Shown here: positions 19,777 through 29,551 of the stretch, piece after piece
Numbering within the stretch: position 1 is the stretch's first letter
Layout of the letters: every line of letters starts with the position of its first letter
Program-made: the position numbers and the translations under genes
The notes under the pieces: model-generated
Told to the model about the DNA's origin: nothing
What the model saw: the letters and a program-made list of their open reading frames with translations, nothing else
Database searches by the model: none
NCBI GenBank assembly: GCA_019057815.1
Contig: JAHLWR010000012.1
Coordinates: 60,273 to 124,272, forward strand
DNA length: 64,000 nucleotides
Reading direction: 5' to 3'
Source of the DNA: Candidatus Heimdallarchaeota archaeon
GTDB taxonomy: Archaea > Asgardarchaeota > Heimdallarchaeia > Heimdallarchaeales > Heimdallarchaeaceae

Positions 19777-21921
19777 CTATTCAACACTACGAATTGAATG
19801 TCCTTTGTAAATTACTTTATCAAACGCAAGTCTTCTCATTTGAGGTTGAGTGTTTATTTCTTCATAGTAGTGTGCAGCTAATCCTACTGTTCTGCCAAAA
19901 ACAAAAATCGCTTTTGCTAGTTTTGGATCTATATCCATATCTGCTGTAATCGCACCTATTACTCCATCTACGTTTATTGGTAGGTTCATACCTCTTACAC
20001 GAAATAGAACATCACTAACCATTTTTGAAACTGTAACACAATCTTTTGCATAACCTGCTTCCTCTGCAAGTTGCCAAAGAATATCTTTTCTAGGATCTTG
20101 TGTATGTATACGATGACCTAATCCTTCAATTCTCTTTCCTGCCTTGATTGCACTATTCATCATTTCAAAAGTAGACTCTTCTAGTGGGATATTTTTTTCT
20201 TTTGATTTGTTAACGACTGATAAGAAAAATTCTGCAGCTTTTTGCCCAGCTCCACCATGAACATCAGTTATTGCTTGAATTCCTGCGGAAAGAGCTATTT
20301 CATAAGGTGCTCGAGTTGATGAGAGGACTAGTGTTGCTTGAGCAGAAGGAGGTGTTATCCCATGATCCACACAAGCTGTAATCATTGCTTCTAGTAATCT
20401 AACTTTTAATGAACCTGGTTGTGCTTCCCCAACTAGCCCTAGATAAATCAAGTCAGCAAAAGATACATCAGTATCTTTCACACTGTTTAGCACTTCTAGA
20501 TTATCTTGAATAATCGCTAGATACTTCACCATCCTTCCTAGAGTATAAGCTACAACTTTAGATTCATCAGAAACTGAGCTCGCGTAATTAGATAACCGTT
20601 TATCAATTTGTAAAAATGTACCGAGCATTTTTGATACATCAGGACTTTTTGGAACTCCATCATAATTAGGGAATTCTTCTCTTATAGCATTTTTAGCGAT
20701 TTTTTCGAGCTCAATTATTTCTTCTTCTGTGTCTGCAAATTCTCCCCGTTGTAACAGATACAATGTTTCTAACAACCCTTTTTTAGCAATAATTTCTTGC
20801 AAGGGATATCCTCTTATCATTATGTTATTAGGCATCACATTTGTAATTAGTGTCCCCCATGTTTTTTCTGGAGGTTTAGCATTCCATTTATCACTCATTT
20901 TCTTATAATAATCGTCAATTTTGAAATATATACGATTTAACTTGGATTTCACAGTATCAATTAAATCTCTCTGATGGTTAACGACATCAACATCAGCTTT
21001 TTCTAAAGCTTCTTTCTTTGAAGAATACGTTCCATAACTTTGACCTGGTGCTACTACAGCTCCAGCATGACCCATAGTTTTTCCTTCTGGTGCATTTGCA
21101 CCTGAAATCAATGCAACTATGGGTTTAGGGTATTTTTCGGGGTGAGAAAGCATATCTTGGGCAAGTAATTCTTCTTGCATTCCACCTATCTCTCCAGCGA
21201 TTACTACTAAATCGGTGTTTTCGTAATTCATCACTAGTGAAACAAGATCTACAAAACGTGAACCAATTGCTCCGTCCCCACCAACACCAAGAACACCATT
21301 TTGCGCAATCCCTGCACTTGCTAAAGCATCAGATAAATGATATAGAATTGCACCGCTTCGTGAAAGTATGGTTACACCTTTAGGTCCAATCTTCCCCTCT
21401 TTTTGTTCAGCTTGAAAAATATCCGGAAGCATCCCCACTTTAATTCCTTCAGGTGGAAAGATAATCCCAGGAGTGTTCCCACCAAATAATATCGTTTTAT
21501 ATTTTCTAGCCACGACTAAGATGTCTCTTACGTCTTTTAACGGAATGAATTCAGATATCAAAACTACAATAGGTATTCCTGTTCGAATTACTTCGATTGT
21601 TGCATCTTTTGCAGTTGAATAATGTCTCCAAATACTAGCTATTGCAATATTAGGATGCTCTATTATCGCTTCTTTTGCAGAATTATAAACAGGAACAGTT
21701 TCGTGTACTGTCCTACCTCCCTTTCCTGGAGCTACTCCACAAGTGACATCAGTTCCATATTCCATCATAAGTTGCGCATGTCTTGTTCCTTGTCTCCCTA
21801 GACCAACAATCATAGTTTCAATTGTTTTTGATTCCGAGATCTTACTGGCAAGTTCTGGTCTAACCTTCTTGATTAGATAATGAAGTAATCCTTGTTCTGA
21901 ACTTAATTTTTCAATTGCCAT
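19777..21921 (-). CDS. ATP-citrate-lyase alpha-like fusion: SucD-type CoA-ligase domain plus citryl-CoA lyase (citrate synthase-like) domain
   Basis: GVAPGKGG, GGNTPG, SRSG, GEIGG, MGHAGA (phospho-His); C-terminal CVDHG...PSA, HGGAG, GLGHR, NVDG. Confidence 0.85.
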   Translation of the reverse strand: MAIEKLSSEQGLLHYLIKKVRPELASKISESKTIETMIVGLGRQGTRHAQLMMEYGTDVTCGVAPGKGGRTVHETVPVYNSAKEAIIEHPNIAIASIWRHYSTAKDATIEVIRTGIPIVVLISEFIPLKDVRDILVVARKYKTILFGGNTPGIIFPPEGIKVGMLPDIFQAEQKEGKIGPKGVTILSRSGAILYHLSDALASAGIAQNGVLGVGGDGAIGSRFVDLVSLVMNYENTDLVVIAGEIGGMQEELLAQDMLSHPEKYPKPIVALISGANAPEGKTMGHAGAVVAPGQSYGTYSSKKEALEKADVDVVNHQRDLIDTVKSKLNRIYFKIDDYYKKMSDKWNAKPPEKTWGTLITNVMPNNIMIRGYPLQEIIAKKGLLETLYLLQRGEFADTEEEIIELEKIAKNAIREEFPNYDGVPKSPDVSKMLGTFLQIDKRLSNYASSVSDESKVVAYTLGRMVKYLAIIQDNLEVLNSVKDTDVSFADLIYLGLVGEAQPGSLKVRLLEAMITACVDHGITPPSAQATLVLSSTRAPYEIALSAGIQAITDVHGGAGQKAAEFFLSVVNKSKEKNIPLEESTFEMMNSAIKAGKRIEGLGHRIHTQDPRKDILWQLAEEAGYAKDCVTVSKMVSDVLFRVRGMNLPINVDGVIGAITADMDIDPKLAKAIFVFGRTVGLAAHYYEEINTQPQMRRLAFDKVIYKGHSIRSVE

Positions 21922-23235
21922 TTAATTACCTCCACCTTGTTTTAGCTCTTTTTTAACTTTGAAACCATACTCTATTCCATCTTTAATGACATCAGCCATA
22001 ATTTTCTGATTTCCAATAATAATATGCAAATCTTTCAAAGGTTCAGGAGTCTCTCTTTTAGCTCTTTCAAAAAATGCTCGAGCTGCAGCAAGGTCTGTCC
22101 CAACCATACGTCCAAATACAGGTATCATTCTTTTGTTTTTCATAAATCTGTCCCTTAATGACATAATTAATCCTTGAATAAAGATATCACAGCTAGATAT
22201 ACCACCAAATCGGCTAGTTATGATTAAATCAGCAGCAGGGTGATCCATCAATATGTGAAACATATCTGCAACTTTACTAAGTGATGGTCCTCCACCGCTA
22301 TCCATGAAATTTATAGGAATAACATTACTATCGAAATAACGATTACCAATATTTACAACTTCATCAATTGAAAAAATCCCATAACCAGCACCACCTGGGA
22401 CTAAACCTACATACAACTTGTCCTTTTCTTTAACGAAATTTACAGGTTCACTAAGCAAATCAAGGTAGGGAAAACCTATCTTATAGGCTAACGCTTCAAA
22501 CTGTGTCTGTTCAGCCACATCGTGTCGTTTACTATTAGGGTCAATACTTATGGATTTTAACATTGGAGCTTGCCTATACAAACTGTTATCATCAAGTACT
22601 AGTTTTGCATCTGCTGCGATTATTTTGTTATCTTTAGTTAAAATTAATGGATTTATTTCACAAACTTTTGCTTCAACTTGTTGGAACAATGAAAAAAGTG
22701 AGCATATGGTTGTTTTTAATTGATTATCAAGTGCTATTAAATCTGGATTCTTTTTGATTAAAAAGTCAACTGCTTCTTGTGCTATCGAATCAGGTAGAAC
22801 TTTGGAATTATCAAGAATTGAAGTTTTCCATATTTCTTCTGGTTTTGTTCGTGCAATTTCCTCGATATCAATACCACCGCTTGCAGAGGTAACTATAACT
22901 ACATCAAAAGTTGCAGGATCTGTAGTAACTGATAAATAAATCTCACTAGCGATATCTATTGCTTCTTCAAGTAGTAATTTATCGATTGGGTAGCCATGAA
23001 TCGTCAAATCCAACATTTCACTAACAATCTGCTTAGCTTCATCTGAATTATCAGCTTTTTTTATCCCCCCAGCTTTACCTCTTCCACCTATCAGTACCAT
23101 TGCTTTAATCATTATTGGGAAGTTTAAGGTTAAAACCTCTAATTCCTCTGTAGTTTCGATTACTGCAATTTGTTTTGGTATGGTAAGTCCAAATTTTTCG
23201 AAAATTTGTTTTGCTTCATGTTCATATAATTTCAT
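21922..23235 (-). CDS. ATP-grasp CoA-ligase beta subunit (SucC/AclB-like)
   Basis: MKLYEHEAK, GGRGKAGG, GGIDIEE, EINPL, DAKL; atypical PGGAGYG and SRFGGISSCD. Confidence 0.85.
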   Translation of the reverse strand: MKLYEHEAKQIFEKFGLTIPKQIAVIETTEELEVLTLNFPIMIKAMVLIGGRGKAGGIKKADNSDEAKQIVSEMLDLTIHGYPIDKLLLEEAIDIASEIYLSVTTDPATFDVVIVTSASGGIDIEEIARTKPEEIWKTSILDNSKVLPDSIAQEAVDFLIKKNPDLIALDNQLKTTICSLFSLFQQVEAKVCEINPLILTKDNKIIAADAKLVLDDNSLYRQAPMLKSISIDPNSKRHDVAEQTQFEALAYKIGFPYLDLLSEPVNFVKEKDKLYVGLVPGGAGYGIFSIDEVVNIGNRYFDSNVIPINFMDSGGGPSLSKVADMFHILMDHPAADLIITSRFGGISSCDIFIQGLIMSLRDRFMKNKRMIPVFGRMVGTDLAAARAFFERAKRETPEPLKDLHIIIGNQKIMADVIKDGIEYGFKVKKELKQGGGN

Positions 23236-23247
23236 TCTCTTTCCCTT

Positions 23248-25098
23248 CTAACTTGAGTATAGTTTTTGGTAATATTTGATAAGTCCTCCAGCGTTGAAAA
23301 TTTTCAATAATTCTTCAGGGAGTTTTGGAAAATCATAGGTTCTGTCCCCATTGATTAGTTTCCCATTTTCCAAATCAACCGATGTTGGAACATTTGAATC
23401 AAAATTTTCCACAAATTCTGGATGAACAATAATTGGTAATCCTTGATTTATTGCAGAACGGTAAAATATTCTAGCAACCGATTTGACAATTACTGCTTTT
23501 ACGCCTGCAAAAGCTAATCCTACTGCTGGATGTTCCCTAGATGACCCGCTACCAAAATTAGCTCCAGCAATAATGATATCATCTTCTTTAACTTGAGAAG
23601 CAAAAGCTTCATCTAATCCTTTGAATAAGTGAGGAACAATTTTATCCCCGTCAGCTGATTTGATATCGTAAGTCAAATTACCTGCGAACATTTGGTCTGT
23701 GTTAAAATCATTAACATCACAATAATTCCAAACATTATTTTTGTATCTGCCATCATCTGATGCTATAACTATCGTTTTCTCCACTTCATCTTTGGGTTGG
23801 ATTTTTATCTTTGTTTCCTTTTTCTCCAAAGCTAGAGGTAGAAAATCTCGAGGGTCAACAATTTTACCAGCAATTGCAGAAGCAGCTATAGTAGCAGGAG
23901 ATGCTAAATAAACTGATGATGCTTTATTTCCCATTCTCCCTAGAAAATTTCTATTTGCAGTAGAGATTACGTTAAAACCATCTGCTGGTATCCCTTGTCC
24001 TTTTCCTAAACATGGACCACAACTACATGAAAGAATCGTAGCACCTGCTTCGACAAAAGTATGTATTGCTCCTTTATTCAAGGCTTCTAGATATATTTCT
24101 TGAGATGCTGGAGCAACAATAAATTGCACTCCTTGTCTAACTTTCTTTCCTTCCAAAATTATAGCAGCTATTAGAAAATCATCTAACCTAGCATTTGTGC
24201 ATGTTCCTAAGAAAGCTTGATCAACAGGTATTTCACCAATCTTTGATATTAATTGTATATTATCAACTTGATGTGGAATCGCAACAAGAGGTTCTAAATC
24301 ATCTAAAACAATTATAATCTCACGGCTGTAAATAGCATCTTCATCAGCCCAATATAATCCCTCTGCTGGGAATTCCTTTGTTGGATGTTTTTCTTTCAAC
24401 CAATTGAGTAGGATTTCATCTGGAGGAAAAATTGCTGTTTTGGCACCCATCTCCGATGCAAGGTTTGTTAAAGTCATTCGTTCAGAAACGCTTAGTTTTT
24501 TCACTCCATCTCCGTGAAACTCTATTGCTTGATAGTTTGCACCTGATGCACTTATAAGATTCATAAGCCATAAAGCGATATCTTTAGCATATACTCCTAA
24601 AGATAGCTTCCCTTTCAAAACGACCTTAATAGTTTCTGGGACTCTGAACCATGTTTTCCCAGTTAACCATAACCCAGCTGTTTCCGTTCTATCGATTCCC
24701 GCAGCAAAAGCTGAGAAAGCTCCACTTGTGCAAGTATGCGAATCAGAACCTACAATTAACATACTAGGTAATGCATGATTTGACATTAGTTGATGACATA
24801 TCCCACGTCCTTCATCATAGAAGTTGTCGATTTTTTGATCAGACACTAATTTTCTAATACTTTGGTGATCATTGGCAATCTTTGCACTCGTCGGAGGTGA
24901 ATCATGGTCTAGAACAATAACCAAACGATTGGGATACTTAATATTTTTTCCACCCATTTTCTGAAATGTCTTTACAATTGATGCTGAATTATCATGAGAC
25001 ATAATCAAATCTGGTTCAGCATAAATTATATCTCCTGCTTTAACTGGTTGTCCCGACTTGTTTGAAAATAATTTCTCTGAAAATGTTTTTCCACTCAT
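23248..25098 (-). CDS. Single-chain aconitase-family dehydratase (LeuC+LeuD fusion, homoaconitase-like)
   Basis: SHDN, LDH, GICHQ, DSHT, GTCTN, CGPCLG, NRNF; fused small domain with NTDQ and NFGSGSSREH; start MSGK after GGAG (track start 25149). Confidence 0.85.
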   Translation of the reverse strand: MSGKTFSEKLFSNKSGQPVKAGDIIYAEPDLIMSHDNSASIVKTFQKMGGKNIKYPNRLVIVLDHDSPPTSAKIANDHQSIRKLVSDQKIDNFYDEGRGICHQLMSNHALPSMLIVGSDSHTCTSGAFSAFAAGIDRTETAGLWLTGKTWFRVPETIKVVLKGKLSLGVYAKDIALWLMNLISASGANYQAIEFHGDGVKKLSVSERMTLTNLASEMGAKTAIFPPDEILLNWLKEKHPTKEFPAEGLYWADEDAIYSREIIIVLDDLEPLVAIPHQVDNIQLISKIGEIPVDQAFLGTCTNARLDDFLIAAIILEGKKVRQGVQFIVAPASQEIYLEALNKGAIHTFVEAGATILSCSCGPCLGKGQGIPADGFNVISTANRNFLGRMGNKASSVYLASPATIAASAIAGKIVDPRDFLPLALEKKETKIKIQPKDEVEKTIVIASDDGRYKNNVWNYCDVNDFNTDQMFAGNLTYDIKSADGDKIVPHLFKGLDEAFASQVKEDDIIIAGANFGSGSSREHPAVGLAFAGVKAVIVKSVARIFYRSAINQGLPIIVHPEFVENFDSNVPTSVDLENGKLINGDRTYDFPKLPEELLKIFNAGGLIKYYQKLYSS

Positions 25099-25111
25099 TA
25101 CTCCTTCCTCG

Positions 25112-25624
25112 CTAAAATTCTGTTTTTTCCCCCAGTTCGAGTAAGCCACCTGCTTTCATGATGTCAATTACTGGTTTAGGGATAGATTTACATTTCATTG
25201 CTGTTCCTTTGTTTTCATTGGAGATCATAGCATTACTAAGATCGATTTCCAAAGTATCATTGTCATCTATTTTGAACTCTAGAATTCCTGGAGCTTCAAT
25301 TAACAGTAAACCTGCATTTACAGCGTTACTATAGTAGATGGGACCAAACGATTCTCCAATAATCGCTTTGATTTTGTGAGCTAAAAATCCTGTTACAGCT
25401 TGTTGTCTGGTTGACCCTTTACCAAAATTCTTACCGACAATCACTATTTTGTTTTCATTGTTCTCTTTCCCAAACGATTGATGTCCAGGAAGATTCCCAA
25501 AAATATGTGGTTTAATTTCTTCTGGATCATGAATTGTTAACAATGATTGATGAAATATCTGATCTGTATCAATGTCATCAACTCTTATTATTTTTACTTG
25601 ACCATTAATTTTCTCTTCACTCAA
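25112..25624 (-). CDS. Aconitase/3-isopropylmalate dehydratase-family small subunit (divergent)
   Basis: DDIDTDQI, GKNFGKGSTRQQA, SFGPIY, AGGL. Confidence 0.82.
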   Translation of the reverse strand: MSEEKINGQVKIIRVDDIDTDQIFHQSLLTIHDPEEIKPHIFGNLPGHQSFGKENNENKIVIVGKNFGKGSTRQQAVTGFLAHKIKAIIGESFGPIYYSNAVNAGLLLIEAPGILEFKIDDNDTLEIDLSNAMISNENKGTAMKCKSIPKPVIDIMKAGGLLELGEKTEF

Positions 25625-26914
25625 TTATTCATCACCCATTTGCTCATATTCTTTTATTGGAATAGCTATCTTACCTTCGATAGCAGATGCTGCAGCAACT
25701 ACAGGACTGGCTAAATAGACATCTCCTGGACCGATTTTTCCCTGAGTGTTTCTATTCCCTGTTGTTATAGAAACGGTTGTCTTACCTCCTGTTAGACCAT
25801 ATTGTCCCTTTGCACATGTCGAACAACCAGCACCAAAGAAGTTGCCACCAGCTTCTAGAATCGTGGTCATAGTACCATCAGCATTTAGAGAAACAAAGTC
25901 TTCTCGAGTAGCTGGAATAAGTCCTAAACGTACATTAGGATTAACTTTTTGATTCTTTAAGATTCTAGCAGCTTGCTGAAAGTCTAGAGTAGTACCATTT
26001 GTACAGGAACCAATAACAATAGAGTGTATTTCAGTTCCTACGACCTCTTCAATTGGTTTAACATTGTGTGGATGTGGAGGACAAGCCAAGTATAAACCTA
26101 AATCCTGGATATCAATCATTATTTCAGAAGAATAATTAGCATCTTCATCAGCTGAAATCGAATCAATTTCAATATTGAATTGTTTATAGTAGTCGGCTGT
26201 TATATGATCAGGAGCAACAAAACCTATGGATCCAGATGCTTCGGTTATTAGTGAACACAGAGTTACTCTTTCTTCTATGCTTAATCTAGATATTATCTCA
26301 CCATGAAATTCAACTGAACAACCTGTAATTCCATATTCATGCAACTGCTTCAGTACATAAAGAGCAAGATCTTTTACAGTAGTTGGCCATTTATAATCTC
26401 CTTTCAACTCAACTTTAACTGTTTCAGGAATTTTTATCCAATATTTTCCTGTTTTAACAGCAAAAGCTAGCATTAAATCTCCTGCTCCTTGTCCCAAAAT
26501 CCCTAATGCTCCTAATAGATTATAATGACTATCAGCACCAATAACTATATCGCCAGGAAGAGAAAGCCCTCTTTTAAATAGTAAATGTGACCCAATTCCT
26601 GATCCCAAATCTGTAAGTTGAATGTCGTGTTTTTTGGCGAAAACGCGCAGTTTTTCTTGGTCTATCGCATGTTTAGGATCATTGCCATAAGGGTAACAAT
26701 CAGGTGTAAAAATAATTTTCTTATTATCAAAAGTTTCTGATCCCGGATAATGTTTTTCGAATAAATCGATTACTTGAGGACCAGCATAATCTCTAGCTGT
26801 TACAAGATCTAGATTAACCCAAACGATATTACCAGGATAGATTTCTTCATCTGAACTCTCAGTATGTTTTCTAATGATTTTCTCGACTAAAGTAAATCCT
26901 ACCATTTCTTCCAT
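25625..26914 (-). CDS. Aconitase/3-isopropylmalate dehydratase-family large subunit (divergent)
   Basis: TLVEKI, GADSHY, GSCTNG, GCSTC, YLASP. Confidence 0.85.
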   Translation of the reverse strand: MEEMVGFTLVEKIIRKHTESSDEEIYPGNIVWVNLDLVTARDYAGPQVIDLFEKHYPGSETFDNKKIIFTPDCYPYGNDPKHAIDQEKLRVFAKKHDIQLTDLGSGIGSHLLFKRGLSLPGDIVIGADSHYNLLGALGILGQGAGDLMLAFAVKTGKYWIKIPETVKVELKGDYKWPTTVKDLALYVLKQLHEYGITGCSVEFHGEIISRLSIEERVTLCSLITEASGSIGFVAPDHITADYYKQFNIEIDSISADEDANYSSEIMIDIQDLGLYLACPPHPHNVKPIEEVVGTEIHSIVIGSCTNGTTLDFQQAARILKNQKVNPNVRLGLIPATREDFVSLNADGTMTTILEAGGNFFGAGCSTCAKGQYGLTGGKTTVSITTGNRNTQGKIGPGDVYLASPVVAAASAIEGKIAIPIKEYEQMGDE

Positions 26915-26973
26915 TTCCCCTTTTTTTAAATAAGTTATATCCTTTTTGAAATGACATCGTACTGCTACAAAAA

Positions 26974-28110
26974 CTAATTTAGTTCTGCTATTTTTTTACA
27001 AATAGCTTCTGCCATTCCCGAAGTTGTTGTAACTCCACCCATGTCATATGTACGAGCTTTTCCTTCTGCAATAACTGCAGCAACAGCATTTTCTATCTTT
27101 TGAGCTAATTCATTTTCACCCAACCAATCCAACATCATTTTAGCTGCAAGAATAGTAGCAATTGGGTTTACTTTGTTCATCCCTACATATTTAGGTGCTG
27201 AACCATGAGTTGGTTCAAAGACTGCGAATTTTTCACCTATATTACCAGAACACGCAAATCCTAGCCCTCCTATCAGTTGAGCAGCTAAATCAGAAATAAT
27301 ATCACCAAACATATTAGAAGAAACTAGAACACCATAATTCTGAGGATTCTTAACTAACCACATAGCCATAGCATCGATGTTGGTTTCCCATAACTCAACG
27401 TCTTCATAATTTTCAATCAATTTTCGAGCTTCTCTTATCATCATTCCGCTTGTTTCTCTGATAACATTCGGTTTTTCCACTACAGTAACAGTTGGATAAG
27501 CGAATTTTTTAGCATAGTCCATACTAGCTTTTAAGATGCGTTGAACTCCATCTCTAGTAAAGATTCTTGTTGAAATAGCTACATCATCTAAGTTCGCTTC
27601 AGCAAATCTTTTAGCTTTAGGGTGGTTCTCAACAATAGTTTTCATAACTTCATCAGGTACTGGGTGCCATTCAATTCCTACATACAAACCTTCAGTATTC
27701 TCACGGAAAACTACTAAATCGATATCATCACGGAAATTTAATGGGTTCCCAGAATAAGCTTTGCATGGGCGTAAATTGACATACAAGTCAAACAGCTGTC
27801 GTAGTTTAACAATTGGGCTAAAATAAACTAATCCTTTATCTTGTAATTCAGGTATCAATTCCTTAGCAGCTTCATCTTTAGGTTTTGAAGTAATAGCACC
27901 AAATAAGGAACAAGTTGATCCTTTTAATAAATCGATAGTTCTGTCAGGTAAGGGGTTGCCTTCTTTGACCCAGAACTCCCAGCCAATATCACCATAAGTG
28001 TATTCAGCTTTTTCACTAAAACCTACAGCATCAAGAACATTGATAGCTGCTTCTATAGTATCTTTACCAATACCATCGCCTGGTAAAATCGCAATCTTAT
28101 ATTTACTCAT
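26974..28110 (-). CDS. Isocitrate/isopropylmalate/homoisocitrate dehydrogenase family enzyme
   Basis: LPGDGIG, FGAITS, SPIVKLR, NLRP, RENTEG, NMFGDIISD, EPTHGSAP; start at MSK after GGGTGA (track start 28122). Confidence 0.9.
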   Translation of the reverse strand: MSKYKIAILPGDGIGKDTIEAAINVLDAVGFSEKAEYTYGDIGWEFWVKEGNPLPDRTIDLLKGSTCSLFGAITSKPKDEAAKELIPELQDKGLVYFSPIVKLRQLFDLYVNLRPCKAYSGNPLNFRDDIDLVVFRENTEGLYVGIEWHPVPDEVMKTIVENHPKAKRFAEANLDDVAISTRIFTRDGVQRILKASMDYAKKFAYPTVTVVEKPNVIRETSGMMIREARKLIENYEDVELWETNIDAMAMWLVKNPQNYGVLVSSNMFGDIISDLAAQLIGGLGFACSGNIGEKFAVFEPTHGSAPKYVGMNKVNPIATILAAKMMLDWLGENELAQKIENAVAAVIAEGKARTYDMGGVTTTSGMAEAICKKIAELN

Positions 28111-28133
28111 TATAACATTCACCCTTTTTTTAG

Positions 28134-28697
28134 TTATTTAGTTTCAAATAATTTCTTGATTGGAGCAAAACAAAGAAAATCACATCGGCTAACTATTTCA
28201 ACTTCTGGTAATCTGTCAATTTTGTCTCCTTCCTTACTGTGAAAAACTATTGCTTGACGCACAACTAAAGGTAAATCAAACTCATAGACTATTTCCAATC
28301 CTTGTGCAGGATGTCTTATCCGTTTTCCAGCAATGGTTTGTTTGATGTTTCCAGTTGAGTCTTTTTCGTATTCAACAAACTTTCCAACGTCATGCAGTAA
28401 TGCTGCAGCTATTAATTCATCTCTATTCAGTTTATCTCCCAATCCTAACATCTCATATCTTTCATATGTGGCTATACACATTTGAGTAACTGCCCTGATA
28501 TGATCAATAATGTTTATTTTTGGTGCTTTACCTTCTCCAATTAATTCAGGTATCAATAATGTAAATGGAATTGTTCTTATCTCCTCTTCTTTCCATCCAC
28601 CTAAATTAATCGCTTTCTCAAGAGATTTAGCAACTTTTTTTTGCAAATCAATATTTTTAATCTCTTCTAGTTCAGGAAACAGGTTTTTTATATCCAT
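28134..28697 (-). CDS. HD-domain metal-dependent hydrolase, first gene of the operon
   Basis: IDHIR, LLHDVGK, RHP, FHS, D; start at the second Met (track start 28706). Confidence 0.85.
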   Translation of the reverse strand: MDIKNLFPELEEIKNIDLQKKVAKSLEKAINLGGWKEEEIRTIPFTLLIPELIGEGKAPKINIIDHIRAVTQMCIATYERYEMLGLGDKLNRDELIAAALLHDVGKFVEYEKDSTGNIKQTIAGKRIRHPAQGLEIVYEFDLPLVVRQAIVFHSKEGDKIDRLPEVEIVSRCDFLCFAPIKKLFETK

Positions 28698-28857
28698 TAT
28701 TACCAACCTCTAATATCACTTTGTCTGTACAAATTAAGAAACGATAATTATCTCAATTTATACAAGTTTTTTTAATGTAAAAGTATTTTTAATGAGTTAT
28801 AATTAAGCATTTTGCTACGACTTCTTTTTTTAAAGATAATATAATTTTGAGTATTGA

Positions 28858-29334
28858 CTATTGTTTTTTATATAACAAAATATCTCTTTTTGTTTTCGCA
28901 TAAATTAACCACAGCATAATCGCGGAAAAGAGAGCTAAACTAACATAAATCATAGTTAGTGATAAGTTGATTAAATTATCTACATCATCGAAAGTTAATA
29001 TTCCTTTAGAAAAATATTGAGCAATAAAATAAAAAATAATCGACTGAAAGCAAGGTAGCACTGCTAAAAAGACAATTCTTTCTTTTAATGTAATAAATAG
29101 AAATATTGACAGAAACAAACATGCAATCGATAAGAGAATTGAAAAAACTAGTCTTAATTGATAGTTAACATCTAAATTAATATGATAAACTCCTATTACG
29201 TTGTGTGAAATCATCAGATTGAAATTAATAATTACAGAAAATATTGGTGTAATAATCAAACTAAACGTAAAAACCGAAATAACAAATATCTTTCCTGCTT
29301 TAGAATTCTGGAAGTATTCTTTAAATCGATTCAT
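28858..29334 (-). CDS. Hypothetical 4-TM membrane protein
   Basis: Four hydrophobic segments; very AT-rich. Confidence 0.5.
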   Translation of the reverse strand: MNRFKEYFQNSKAGKIFVISVFTFSLIITPIFSVIINFNLMISHNVIGVYHINLDVNYQLRLVFSILLSIACLFLSIFLFITLKERIVFLAVLPCFQSIIFYFIAQYFSKGILTFDDVDNLINLSLTMIYVSLALFSAIMLWLIYAKTKRDILLYKKQ

Positions 29335-29551
29335 TAAAGGATGGAGAAGATTTTGAAATATATACTTTGTTATCTCTTTATTGTACTACTTTTTAAACGT
29401 GTTTTCCTTTCGTTTTATAGTGAAAGAATATTTCTCATTATCTAGCCATGGGCAACTAGAACAGTCACTACAACTGCTTTTGCAAGATCCTCTTGAGACG
29501 AAAATCCTTATGAACCATCTTCGAATCATTTGCAATTTAATTTTCATATTA

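Noticed and set aside
19777-23235. Plain sucC/sucD annotation
   Set aside because: The alpha subunit carries a fused citryl-CoA-lyase domain and the beta-subunit substrate motifs deviate, so no gene symbols were given.
23248-28110. Plain leuBCD leucine operon
   Set aside because: No leuA or ilv genes, two distinct dehydratases, and linkage to ACL-like genes; the substrate cannot be fixed from sequence alone.
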